This document shows, one piece after another, positions 9,483-18,015 of a stretch of 64,000 bases of DNA (its first letter is position 1; each line of letters opens with the position of its first letter). The stretch is from Deltaproteobacteria bacterium (GTDB lineage: Bacteria; Desulfobacterota; Desulfuromonadia; Geobacterales; JAJYBI01). The translations under genes were made by a program, and so were the position numbers. The notes beneath the pieces are model-generated. The model saw nothing but the letters and a program-made list of their open reading frames with translations, made no database searches and was not told where the DNA came from. The stretch is from assembly GCA_021779095.1 (NCBI GenBank), contig JAJYBI010000007.1, positions 56,415 to 120,414 on the forward strand. Direction: 5' to 3'.

Positions 9483-9759
9483 GGTCGTTCTCCTTTCGAT
9501 CTGCATGGTGTACGGCGTGTCCCGTGTGATGCAACCGTACCCCGATTTTTCTCCGAATTCCACGGACATCGGGTGGCGTGCGACCCGATGTCGGGTCGAC
9601 GAACGGGAATATTTACCGCGCCGGCCTCCGCACGCGGTACCATTGCGCAGCGGAACAAATCTGTTGCAATGGCCGGGTGGTTGGCCTATAACCAACCAAA
9701 GTGCGATTGCCGTAATGAAATCCAGGTTGCGCAGGATGTCCCGACGGAGTAACCACGGC

Positions 9760-10587
9760 ATGCGACGTATCGTTTTCATCGTGAGATGCGCAATTATCGC
9801 CCTGCTGCTCTCCTGCAGCGTTGCCGTTGCCGCGGGAGGCGGACCGACGGTCCTGTTCGACGAGGGGCACGGTCAGCGGTTTTCTCCGGACCGGACCGGG
9901 CCGCTGGATCTCTCGTCGTTCGCCAGGGTGTTCCGGGGCGCGGGGTTCACCGTACGTACCTCCTCCGGTCCCCTCACCGACGAGGCGCTTGCCGGTGTGG
10001 ACGCCCTGGTGATTTCCGGCCCATTTCACCCGTACTCCGCAGAGGAACTGGATACGGTCACCACCTTCCTCGGGAAGGGGGGCAGGCTCTGTATCACGCT
10101 GCATATCGGCATCACGATCGGTGACCTTCTTCACACCATCGGCGTCGATTTTTCCAACGGGGTGATCCATGAGACGGAAAACATGATCATGGGCAACCCG
10201 CTGGATTTCCAGGTGACCCGGCTGGAGAAACATCCACTGACCGCGGGGCTGAAACGGTTCAACGTCTATGGCGCCTGGGCCCTTGTGAACCTCAACGACG
10301 ATGCGCGGATCATCGCCAGGACGAGCCCCACCTCCTGGGTCGATCTGGACGGCAACCAGAGGCTTTCCTACGACGATGCGGTCCAGTCGTTCGGGGTCGT
10401 GGTGGCGGGGCGGTACAGCAGGGGAGAGTTCGTGGTGTTCGGCGACGACGCGATCTTCCAGAACAAGTTTCTCGGTCCCGACAACCTGCGGCTGGCGCGA
10501 AACCTGGTACGATGGCTGAAAGCGGCACCGAAACCGCATGCGGGGGTATCGACGTACGGATCGGCTGCGGCGGCAGCGGGATCATAG
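9760..10587 (+). CDS. Exported DUF4350/class I glutamine amidotransferase-like domain protein
   Basis: Signal peptide, VLFDEGHGQ, GGRL, GEFVVFGDDAIFQN...DN motifs. Confidence 0.7.
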   Translation: MRRIVFIVRCAIIALLLSCSVAVAAGGGPTVLFDEGHGQRFSPDRTGPLDLSSFARVFRGAGFTVRTSSGPLTDEALAGVDALVISGPFHPYSAEELDTVTTFLGKGGRLCITLHIGITIGDLLHTIGVDFSNGVIHETENMIMGNPLDFQVTRLEKHPLTAGLKRFNVYGAWALVNLNDDARIIARTSPTSWVDLDGNQRLSYDDAVQSFGVVVAGRYSRGEFVVFGDDAIFQNKFLGPDNLRLARNLVRWLKAAPKPHAGVSTYGSAAAAAGS

Positions 10588-10615
10588 GCAGTTCCGGCAG
10601 CATGGCACTACCCCG

Positions 10616-10643
10616 AAGGCCTGCATTGCAGGCCTTTTCGTTT
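10616..10643 (+). terminator. Probable Rho-independent terminator
   Basis: AAGGCCTGC/GCAGGCCTT stem followed by TTCGTTT. Confidence 0.6.
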
Positions 10644-10661
10644 GAATCGGCGGAGGGACTG

Positions 10662-11183
10662 ATGACAACCGATGGTCTCAAGGGAGCGACCGCGCGACGG
10701 TGCGCCCTGCCCGGTGGGGATGATGCGGTGATCGGCGTCGTCTCCGACACCCACGGGCTGGTGCGTCCGGCGGTTCTGGCCGCCCTTGCCGGATGCGACC
10801 TGATCATCCATGCGGGGGATATCGGTTTCCCGGAAGTGCTGGAACGGCTGTCGGCCATCGCGCCGGTCGTGGCGGTTCGGGGCAATACGGACCACGGGGA
10901 ATGGCTTGCAGGGGTTCCCGCGACCGAGACGGTGGCGCTGGCCGGCTGTCTTCTCCATCTCCTGCACGACATCCACCTGCTCGATCTCGATCCCGTCGCC
11001 GCCGGGATCTCCGTGGTGATCTCCGGCCATTCCCATCTGCCGGCGCAGTATATAAAAGACGGTGTCCTCTATCTCAACCCGGGGAGCTGCGGACCGAAGC
11101 GGTTCAAGTGCCCCGTCTCACTTGCCCGTCTCAGGATCGTAAGCGGGGTCCCCGAGGCGGAACTGGTCGCACTGCCGGAATGA
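10662..11183 (+). CDS. YfcE-like metallophosphoesterase
   Basis: SDTH, HAGD, VRGNTD, GHSH, NPGS motifs. Confidence 0.88.
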   Translation: MTTDGLKGATARRCALPGGDDAVIGVVSDTHGLVRPAVLAALAGCDLIIHAGDIGFPEVLERLSAIAPVVAVRGNTDHGEWLAGVPATETVALAGCLLHLLHDIHLLDLDPVAAGISVVISGHSHLPAQYIKDGVLYLNPGSCGPKRFKCPVSLARLRIVSGVPEAELVALPE

Positions 11184-11214
11184 CGTTCCCCGATTCCTTT
11201 GCGGAGGAGACTTC

Positions 11215-12054
11215 ATGACACGAACGAGGAATTCCCTGCTTTGTCCCAACTGCCGCCGGCTCATCAGCCGCGACGAGCGGAGCTGCCCCTACTGCGGGCT
11301 GAGCCGTCCCGCCTCGTGGTGGAAATCGGTGGGTGTCTCCCTGGGAGGGGGTCCGGAACGTCTGGTCCGGTTCATCGTCTGGCTCAACATCGGCATGTAC
11401 CTCCTCTCCCTCGTGCTGGCGCCGGGTGGGGCGGCACGCTCGATCAATCCACTATCGTTCCTGTCGCCGAGTAACGGCAGCCTGCTGCTCCTGGGGGCCA
11501 CCGGTACCTATCCCATCGACCGGCTGGATATGTGGTGGAGCCTCTTGACCGCCAACTACCTGCACGGCGGTATCTTCCACATCCTGTTCAACATGATGGC
11601 GTTCTGGCAGATCGCCCCGCTCGTGGTGCAGGAGTACGGCGCCAGCAGGATGTTCGTCATCTACACCATAGGAGGGGTCGTCGGCTACATCGTGTCGTAT
11701 TACGTCGGCATCCCCTTTACCATCGGCGCGTCGGCGGCGGTCTGCGCCCTCATCGGCGCCCTGCTGTACTACGGCTGGAGCCGGGGGGGGAGCTACGGCC
11801 AGGCCATGTTCCGGATGGTGGGGGGCTGGGTCGTCGGCCTGTTCCTGTTCGGCCTTTTGGTTCCCGGTATCAATAACTGGGCCCACGGCGGCGGCATCGC
11901 CGGCGGTGCGCTGCTGGGGATGGTGCTGGGGTACGACGAACGACAGAAGGAGACCGTGCTGCACCGCACCCTCGGCGGGATCTGTCTGGTGGGGACACTG
12001 GCGGCCCTTGCCTGGGTGGTGGTCTTTGCGTTAAAAAACATATTTATTCAGTAG
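11215..12054 (+). CDS. Rhomboid intramembrane serine protease with N-terminal zinc ribbon
   Basis: CPNC..CPYC; HGGIFHILFN, GASA (catalytic Ser), AHGGG (catalytic His). Confidence 0.9.
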   Translation: MTRTRNSLLCPNCRRLISRDERSCPYCGLSRPASWWKSVGVSLGGGPERLVRFIVWLNIGMYLLSLVLAPGGAARSINPLSFLSPSNGSLLLLGATGTYPIDRLDMWWSLLTANYLHGGIFHILFNMMAFWQIAPLVVQEYGASRMFVIYTIGGVVGYIVSYYVGIPFTIGASAAVCALIGALLYYGWSRGGSYGQAMFRMVGGWVVGLFLFGLLVPGINNWAHGGGIAGGALLGMVLGYDERQKETVLHRTLGGICLVGTLAALAWVVVFALKNIFIQ

Positions 12055-12066
12055 GAGGACGTTTCA

Positions 12067-12561
12067 ATGGATCAGGCAGCTCAGGGGTGCCCCTGCGGAT
12101 CGGGGCTTCAATACGGTGCGTGCTGTGAACCGGTCATCCGGGGAGAGCGCCCCGCGGAGACGGCGGAGCAGCTCATGCGCGCGCGCTACAGCGCATACGT
12201 GAAGGTCGAGACCGGTTACATCTTCGACACGACCCATCCGGCGCACCGCGAGGGGTACGACCACGACGGCACCCGCCAGTGGGCGGAGAGTTCGGAATGG
12301 CTCGGCCTCGAGATCGTGGCGACGGAGGCGGGCGGACCCGCCGACGAACGCGGTCAGGTGGAGTTCATTGCCCGGTACCGTGATCAGGGGGTTGACCACG
12401 CCCATCACGAGCTGGCCGACTTCGTGAAGGAAGAAGGGCGGTGGCTGTTCACCGACGGGAGGAGTGTCCGGCCGAAACCGATCATCAGCGCCAAGGTGGG
12501 ACGCAACGACCCCTGCACCTGCGGGAGCGGTGTGAAATACAAGAAATGCTGCGGCAGGTAG
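12067..12561 (+). CDS. ychJ: YchJ family protein with SEC-C motifs
   Basis: CPCGSG..CC, AEQLMRARYSAY, GRNDPCTCGSGVKYKKCC. Confidence 0.88.
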   Translation: MDQAAQGCPCGSGLQYGACCEPVIRGERPAETAEQLMRARYSAYVKVETGYIFDTTHPAHREGYDHDGTRQWAESSEWLGLEIVATEAGGPADERGQVEFIARYRDQGVDHAHHELADFVKEEGRWLFTDGRSVRPKPIISAKVGRNDPCTCGSGVKYKKCCGR

Positions 12562-12596
12562 ACTGACACATTGCCGCCGTTACGTGGCATGCACAA

Positions 12597-12640
12597 GAAA
12601 ACGCTCCGCAACCTTCGAGGATGCGGGGCGTTTTCGTTTC
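12597..12640. terminator. Bidirectional Rho-independent terminator
   Basis: GAAAACGCTCCGCA/TGCGGGGCGTTTTC stem between convergent genes. Confidence 0.7.
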
Positions 12641-12660
12641 CGGTGCACTGGCATCGCCGG

Positions 12661-13080
12661 TCAGCCGAACCGGTCGACGATCTCCTTGCCGCGGTAGAAG
12701 GTGCCGATGCGGCTGTCGCACAGGATGATGTGCCGCACGAACCAGTCCCGCAGAAAGAGCAGCATCCGCTCGTTGAACGGCTTGTGTTCTTCGTCGAACC
12801 GCTTCCGGAACTTCGCCATCCGCTCCAAGAGCTGTTCATGTTCGGCATGGTGGGGTTCGAAATCGGGATAGTTGTTGTACAGCAGGAACCTCTCCTCCGA
12901 CTCGAAGTGGCGTTGCACCGCCTGGGCGAGATGTTCGAGGGCCGTCACCATCAGCGGGAACTGGAGGCCGGGCTCCAGGCCGATCAGCCGTTCGAGGTCG
13001 TTGAGGGTCCCCAGGAGGATCTTGTGTTCGTTGTCGATGTGGGGGATGTTGATGATGTAGTCGTCGCACCATGCCAGCAT
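12661..13080 (-). CDS. Bacteriohemerythrin
   Basis: W..IDNEH, HFESEE, HHAEH, WFVRHIILCD di-iron ligand set. Confidence 0.88.
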   Translation of the reverse strand: MLAWCDDYIINIPHIDNEHKILLGTLNDLERLIGLEPGLQFPLMVTALEHLAQAVQRHFESEERFLLYNNYPDFEPHHAEHEQLLERMAKFRKRFDEEHKPFNERMLLFLRDWFVRHIILCDSRIGTFYRGKEIVDRFG

Positions 13081-13302
13081 GCCGGTATCCGTTTCCGTGG
13101 TGTCGCCTGCGAGAGACCGATCGATGTACCGTAATGGTAGCACGCAATGTGTCACTTCGCCATCGGGCAACGACGGGTGGAATTCTACGAAAGCGGCGGC
13201 GGAAAAAGACGACCTTTTTGCGACAATCCGGCGGCTGCAGGCCGCATCGTTGGCAGCAGGTCCCGGGGCCGATGGTGGAAGGGGAGGGCGGACCCGGTAC
13301 CG

Positions 13303-14013
13303 TCAGCCCAGCTCCAAGGTCACCGCGAAGGGGAGGATGAGCCCCTGCTGCTCCAGGTAGTTGGCGGCCAGGATTCCCCCCTGCCGCAGGATGGCGCTCA
13401 GACCGTACTCCATCTCCAGGTAGACGAGGTAAGGCAGGCTGCCGTAGATCGATATCCCGCATGCCCGGCGCATCCGGTCCGCCGCCTCTGCCTCCAGCTC
13501 CTGTCCCCGTTCCTGCGGCGTGCGCAGGTAGTGGAGCGGGAAGGAGACGGCCGCGCCGTCGAGACTTTCGACGTACGCACGTTTTTCCTCACCGGAAAGC
13601 GTTGAGAAGTCCACGCTGCACCAGGACGGTTCCCTGGTGGAGAGGAGGGCACGGCAGGAGAGGGGACGCACCGGATAGACGCCGCAACTTCTCCCGTCGG
13701 CGAGGAACGGGCAGCCGCCCATCCGCTGCCGGTACAGCCCCAGGTATCCCTTGAGGTCGCGCGCCTCCCGCGTGACCTCCGCCAGCCGCTTCGCGAATGC
13801 GCGCAGGGGAGGCAGGGCATCTGCATGAAGAACCTCTGCCACCCGGAGCGCCTCGGTGAAGCCGCAGTTCACCGTCAGGGTGCAGCAGCCGCTGCACCCA
13901 TTGTTGCAATATACCCGTCCGCCTGCCCCCGTGTAGCGATCGATCTCCCCGGCGATTCCCGCGTCGAGCGTCTCCTGCAGGGTCCGGACCTCGTCGGTCA
14001 GTGTCTTCCACAT
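13303..14013 (-). CDS. YkgJ family Cys-cluster (Zn/Fe-chelating) protein
   Basis: CNNGCSGCC, CPFL, CGVYPVRPLSCR; start could also be TTG at 14022. Confidence 0.82.
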   Translation of the reverse strand: MWKTLTDEVRTLQETLDAGIAGEIDRYTGAGGRVYCNNGCSGCCTLTVNCGFTEALRVAEVLHADALPPLRAFAKRLAEVTREARDLKGYLGLYRQRMGGCPFLADGRSCGVYPVRPLSCRALLSTREPSWCSVDFSTLSGEEKRAYVESLDGAAVSFPLHYLRTPQERGQELEAEAADRMRRACGISIYGSLPYLVYLEMEYGLSAILRQGGILAANYLEQQGLILPFAVTLELG

Positions 14014-14116
14014 GCGGTTCAAATCCCTTCCCGGAAAAGTGCCGTCGCCGGTATGTCGTAACCGGCCACGGCATGTATCCTACCGGACCCACGTTCCACG
14101 GTGCAAGGGAAACCGG

Positions 14117-14611
14117 TCAGAGCGGATGGAGGTTGCTGAACTCGCCCCATTCCAGATAGGTGTGGGGCGTCTCGACGAAATCGTAGATGTTCTCGATCTC
14201 GCTGAGTTCCTTCCGCTTGTCCGCCGCGAGCCGGTCCAGCAGGTTTCTCGCGGTCCGGCTCTCCTCGACCTCCGCCACTCCCTCCAGCATCCTGATGTTT
14301 TCCTCTTCGGCCTTGACGATATGTTCGTAGCCGTCGGGGTCGGTGCGCAGTTCGTGGCGGATGTCGTGTTGTTCGAGGAGCCGTTCAAAACCGTCCATCA
14401 CGTTCCGGGCACGGTCGAGCTGGGTGGAATGGGCATCCTCCGGGGATACGGTATTTTTCATGGTGGCGAGGTTGAGGATGCTTTCGCGTTCGCGGGTGGC
14501 CAGGAGGCCGAAGATCCGCTTCAGTTCCGGATCTTTTGTCTCGTCGAACAGCCGTTCGAACAGCAGGGCGGCGTGCTCTTCCATGGTGATGATGTAGTCG
14601 AACACGTTCAT
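14117..14611 (-). CDS. Rubrerythrin/ferritin-like four-helix protein with degenerate metal ligands
   Basis: Two helix-pair repeats (TMEE..LFERL..IFGLLA; KAEE..LLDRLA) and C-terminal YLEWGEFSNL. Confidence 0.7.
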   Translation of the reverse strand: MNVFDYIITMEEHAALLFERLFDETKDPELKRIFGLLATRERESILNLATMKNTVSPEDAHSTQLDRARNVMDGFERLLEQHDIRHELRTDPDGYEHIVKAEEENIRMLEGVAEVEESRTARNLLDRLAADKRKELSEIENIYDFVETPHTYLEWGEFSNLHPL

Positions 14612-14819
14612 ACGTTCACCCCCTTTGTCTGTTTCCAGTATAGCAAATACGGCATCTGAGCGTCATGTGTTACGATTTCCGGAAGGGGCGCGCTATGTGT
14701 CACGCAACGCCGAAACGATATGCTCAAACGATCGTACAGGATCTATTCATTGGATGAATGATTGCACTTGCTCCCCGAATCGCTTACCATTGACAAATTA
14801 CGTGCGGAGGGTGTTGATC

Positions 14820-15074
14820 ATGTTTCGTCGATTAGTCGTGCTGGCCCTGGCCGTCGCCCTGTTGGCCGGCTGCAGCAAGGTGACCATGAAGAACTATGCC
14901 AAGCTGAAATCGGGGATGACGACCGACGAGGTGAACACGATCCTCGGGGAGCCGGACTCCTGCTCGGAGGCGCTCTTCGTCCGTTCCTGCGAGTGGGGGA
15001 ACGAGAAACGCAACATCACCGTCAATTTTGTCGGTGGCAGGGTGGTGCTCCTGTCGTCCCACAATCTGAAGTGA
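14820..15074 (+). CDS. Small lipoprotein (DUF3862-like)
   Basis: Lipobox LLAGC, KVTMKNYAKLKSGM..EV..ILGEP; GGAGG RBS. Confidence 0.78.
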   Translation: MFRRLVVLALAVALLAGCSKVTMKNYAKLKSGMTTDEVNTILGEPDSCSEALFVRSCEWGNEKRNITVNFVGGRVVLLSSHNLK

Positions 15075-15105
15075 TGAGTACGAATCATCTGCTACAAATG
15101 TAACA

Positions 15106-15198
15106 CCCTCCCCTTCAAGGGGAGGGTTGGGGTGGGGATGGGGTAAAACAGGCGCATTATCCCCATCCCCCTCCTGACCTCCCCCTTGAAGGGGGAGG
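15106..15198. repeat. Inverted REP-like doublet
   Basis: CCCTCCCCTTCAAGGGGAGGGTTGGGGTGGGGATGGGG and its near reverse complement CCCCATCCCCCTCCTGACCTCCCCCTTGAAGGGGGAGG. Confidence 0.8.
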
Positions 15199-15218
15199 AA
15201 CGTATTCGGAGGTCTTCG

Positions 15219-15611
15219 TTGTTTTTTCGAGTCGTTCTCGCCTTCACCCTCATTCCGATCATCGAGATCTGGCTGATCATCAAGGTCGGCCGGGTCATCG
15301 GCCCGCTCCCCACGGTGGCGGTCCTGCTTGCCATATCCCTCACCGGCGCTTGGCTCGCCCGGTCCCAGGGGATGAAGGTGCTGCTCTCGATCCGCGACGA
15401 GCTCGCCGCGGGACGGATGCCCGCCGCACCCCTCCTGGACGGCGCGCTGGTGCTTGCCGGCGGTATCCTCCTCCTCACCCCCGGCTTCTTCACCGACGCC
15501 GTCGGCCTTCTCTTCCTGTTCCCCCTGACGCGCCGGCTGTTGAAGGAGGCGGTGCGCCGCTGGCTGGAACGGTCGCTCTCCAAGGGGACCATCGTCATTC
15601 GCCGTTACTGA
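15219..15611 (+). CDS. fxsA: FxsA family membrane protein
   Basis: PIIEIWLIIKVG, LARSQG, GILLLTPGFFTD; TTG start after GGAGG. Confidence 0.85.
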   Translation: MFFRVVLAFTLIPIIEIWLIIKVGRVIGPLPTVAVLLAISLTGAWLARSQGMKVLLSIRDELAAGRMPAAPLLDGALVLAGGILLLTPGFFTDAVGLLFLFPLTRRLLKEAVRRWLERSLSKGTIVIRRY

Positions 15612-15709
15612 CCTGCCGGGACAACGCCGGTTGAAACGATCGTACGGTCTGGTGCCGTGTCGGGCATCTTCGTGCGGGCGGACGAAAACCGGACACTGCT
15701 GCTCAATTG

Positions 15710-16003
15710 TCAATTGATGCCGAGCAGTTCTTTAGCCATCTCGTCGTCGGCTTTCATTACCGTGATGTTCGTTGCGACCCCCTCATCCTCCATCATGAGA
15801 TTAATGGCCTCCCTGGATATGTCGACCGTATCCTGACGTGCGGACACCTTCGCGGTCACGCCGCCATCCGGGTTCTCCTGAAAGGTGGTTGTCGCTGCAG
15901 TACGGTTTTCCGTATTCATCTTAGCGATATTCTGCGCCGTTACCTGCAGACTGATTCCATATGCCTGTAGTGCACTGCCGGATATGCTGCTGATTGCGCT
16001 CAT
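15710..16003 (-). CDS. Small flagellar basal-body rod (FlgB/FlgC)-like protein
   Basis: N-terminal VTAQNIAKMNT resembles the ANNIANxNT rod motif; C-terminal VDISRE...N.TV.K..DEM resembles the rod C-terminal motif. Confidence 0.6.
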   Translation of the reverse strand: MSAISSISGSALQAYGISLQVTAQNIAKMNTENRTAATTTFQENPDGGVTAKVSARQDTVDISREAINLMMEDEGVATNITVMKADDEMAKELLGIN

Positions 16004-16135
16004 AGAACCCCCCGTATTCAAGCATATCGGCAGGATGACTCAGGACTTTAGAAAATATATTTTGTGCAGCATCAGAGTATGGTTGGCGTCTTCGGTCTGC
16101 ACGTTACAGGCATGGACATGGACGTATGTTACAGG

Positions 16136-16348
16136 TTATCCACTGCGGTTGTGGAAAACTGTTCGTCAACTGTGGATAAGTTAGAATGCATCGACGTATT
16201 TCCCGGCAGTTCTGTGGTTTGCCCAAGGTTTGGGCAGTAGGTCTAACTGATTGATTTCGTGTGTCAATAGTTATTTTGTCCGGGGCTGATATTGATTGTC
16301 TGTCGATATTGTGAGGCTCACTGGGATTCTTCGCAAAGAAGTGGATAA
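16136..16348. promoter_or_regulatory. Cluster of DnaA-box-like 9-mers in a ~600-bp non-coding gap
   Basis: TTATCCACT 16136-16144, TGTGGAAAA 16150-16158, TGTGGATAA 16171-16179, AGTGGATAA 16340-16348. Confidence 0.6.
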
Positions 16349-16603
16349 CTCTCGCTATATGGGTAGGAAAATAGTCATACAGCTTCTTTTCTGCGAGGTG
16401 GGCTCAACAAAGAAACCGGCATGTGAAATCTTCGACGGCAAGAAGCCTGGCACCATCCTTCATCACAACGTCGATGAGAGGTCCTTGGCGACTGGGACGG
16501 CAGTGCGTCGGTCCATGTTGAAGATCCTCCAGCTGTCCTGAACCCTGTACTGTGACTGCGTTGTCCGGCGGCGTCGGTCGGGCAGTCAAGAGCTTTCCTT
16601 CGC

Positions 16604-17686
16604 TCAGGTGAAGGTGAACATGGCGGCCAGGGCCGGATGGATGAGCCTCCCGTCACGGACGTTTACGGATGTTGCAAGGGCCGGCACCTCGTCGATGGCG
16701 CTGTCGATGCCGCGGGCGGCCAGCTGCATGATATATGGTAACGTGGCGTTGGTGAGCGCCATTGTGGAGGTGTGGGGAAATGCACCCGGCATGTTGGCGA
16801 CGGCGTAGTGGACGATGTCGTTTACGATGTAGGTGGGGGCGTTGTGGGTCGTGGGACGGGTGGTGGCGGCGCATCCACCCTGGTCCACGGACACGTCCAC
16901 GATCACCGCACCCTTTTTCATCTCTCCCAGCATCTCCCCCGTCAGGAGCAGCGGCGTCCGCCCACCCGTCGTGAGTACCGCCCCGATGATCAGGTCTGCA
17001 TCCCTGATCTCCGACCGGATCGCTTCGCCCGTCAGTATGCCGGACCTCACCCGACCATCCGTCAACTCGTCGATCCGCCGTAGCCGGTCCATGCTGCGGT
17101 TGAGGACGATAGTGTCCATGCCTATTCCAGCCGCCACCCGGGCGGCGTGGGAACCGACGGTGCCTCCACCCAGAATGACCGCCTTTGCTGGGCGGACGCC
17201 CGCCGCGCCGGTGGGGAGGAATCCGGTTCCGCCCCGGTGCCGCTGCAGGCACCAGCCGGCCACCAGCGGTGCCATCCGTCCCGCCACCTCGCTCATGGGG
17301 GCCAGAAGGGGAAGGGCGCCGTTTAGCTCCAGGGTCTCGTAAGCGAGGGCCGTCAGGCGCCGCGCCATGAGGAAGCGGGTCAGCTGCGGATTCGGCGCCA
17401 GGTGCAGGTAGGTGAAGAGCGTCTGCCCCTCCCGGAACAGCTCGAATTCCTGCGGCAGCGGCTCCTTGACCTTTACGACCAGCTCCGCACGTCGAAACAG
17501 CTCGTCACGGGGAACGATCTCCGCTCCCATCTGCCGGTACTGGTCGTCGCTGAAACCGCTTCCGATCCCGGCGTCGTTCTGCACCAGTACCTCGTGTCCC
17601 GCCGTGGACAGCTCAGCGGCACCGGCCGGCGTAAGACCGACCCGGTATTCCTCCGTCTTGATCTCTTTCGGTACGGCAATGATCAT
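16604..17686 (-). CDS. ald: Alanine dehydrogenase
   Basis: MIIAVPKEIK..EYRVGLTP, VKVKEP, FTYLHLA, PMSEVAGRMA, DQGGC, YAVANMPGA. Confidence 0.95.
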   Translation of the reverse strand: MIIAVPKEIKTEEYRVGLTPAGAAELSTAGHEVLVQNDAGIGSGFSDDQYRQMGAEIVPRDELFRRAELVVKVKEPLPQEFELFREGQTLFTYLHLAPNPQLTRFLMARRLTALAYETLELNGALPLLAPMSEVAGRMAPLVAGWCLQRHRGGTGFLPTGAAGVRPAKAVILGGGTVGSHAARVAAGIGMDTIVLNRSMDRLRRIDELTDGRVRSGILTGEAIRSEIRDADLIIGAVLTTGGRTPLLLTGEMLGEMKKGAVIVDVSVDQGGCAATTRPTTHNAPTYIVNDIVHYAVANMPGAFPHTSTMALTNATLPYIMQLAARGIDSAIDEVPALATSVNVRDGRLIHPALAAMFTFT

Positions 17687-18015
17687 GGCACACCTCTGCG
17701 GCTGTACAGAGAACAGGATGGCAGATTGGTTGAAATATTGTAACATGCCGGGGGCGAAATGCCCGCGTATGAGCAATGCTTTGTACTGCGGGAGTTCGGA
17801 GTACCCACGTAGCAGTAGGCCGCTTCTGCGTGCTCTGTCTTGGTGAACGGTGGTTGACACGGTACCGGCCGTGGTGTAAGAGATGCTGGCAGAATTTGTC
17901 CGGACGACGTGGGTTTACAACGATGCCGCAGCAATTCCGGATGCCAATGACCAGGTGCCTTTGCATGGCGCCGGGAGAATATGCCGGGCGGGGGGCGTCG
18001 CGGTTGGGTGATGTT

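Noticed and set aside
16100-16400. Chromosomal origin oriC
   Set aside because: No dnaA/dnaN/gidA context, only four boxes and no clear unwinding element; kept only as a DnaA-box cluster
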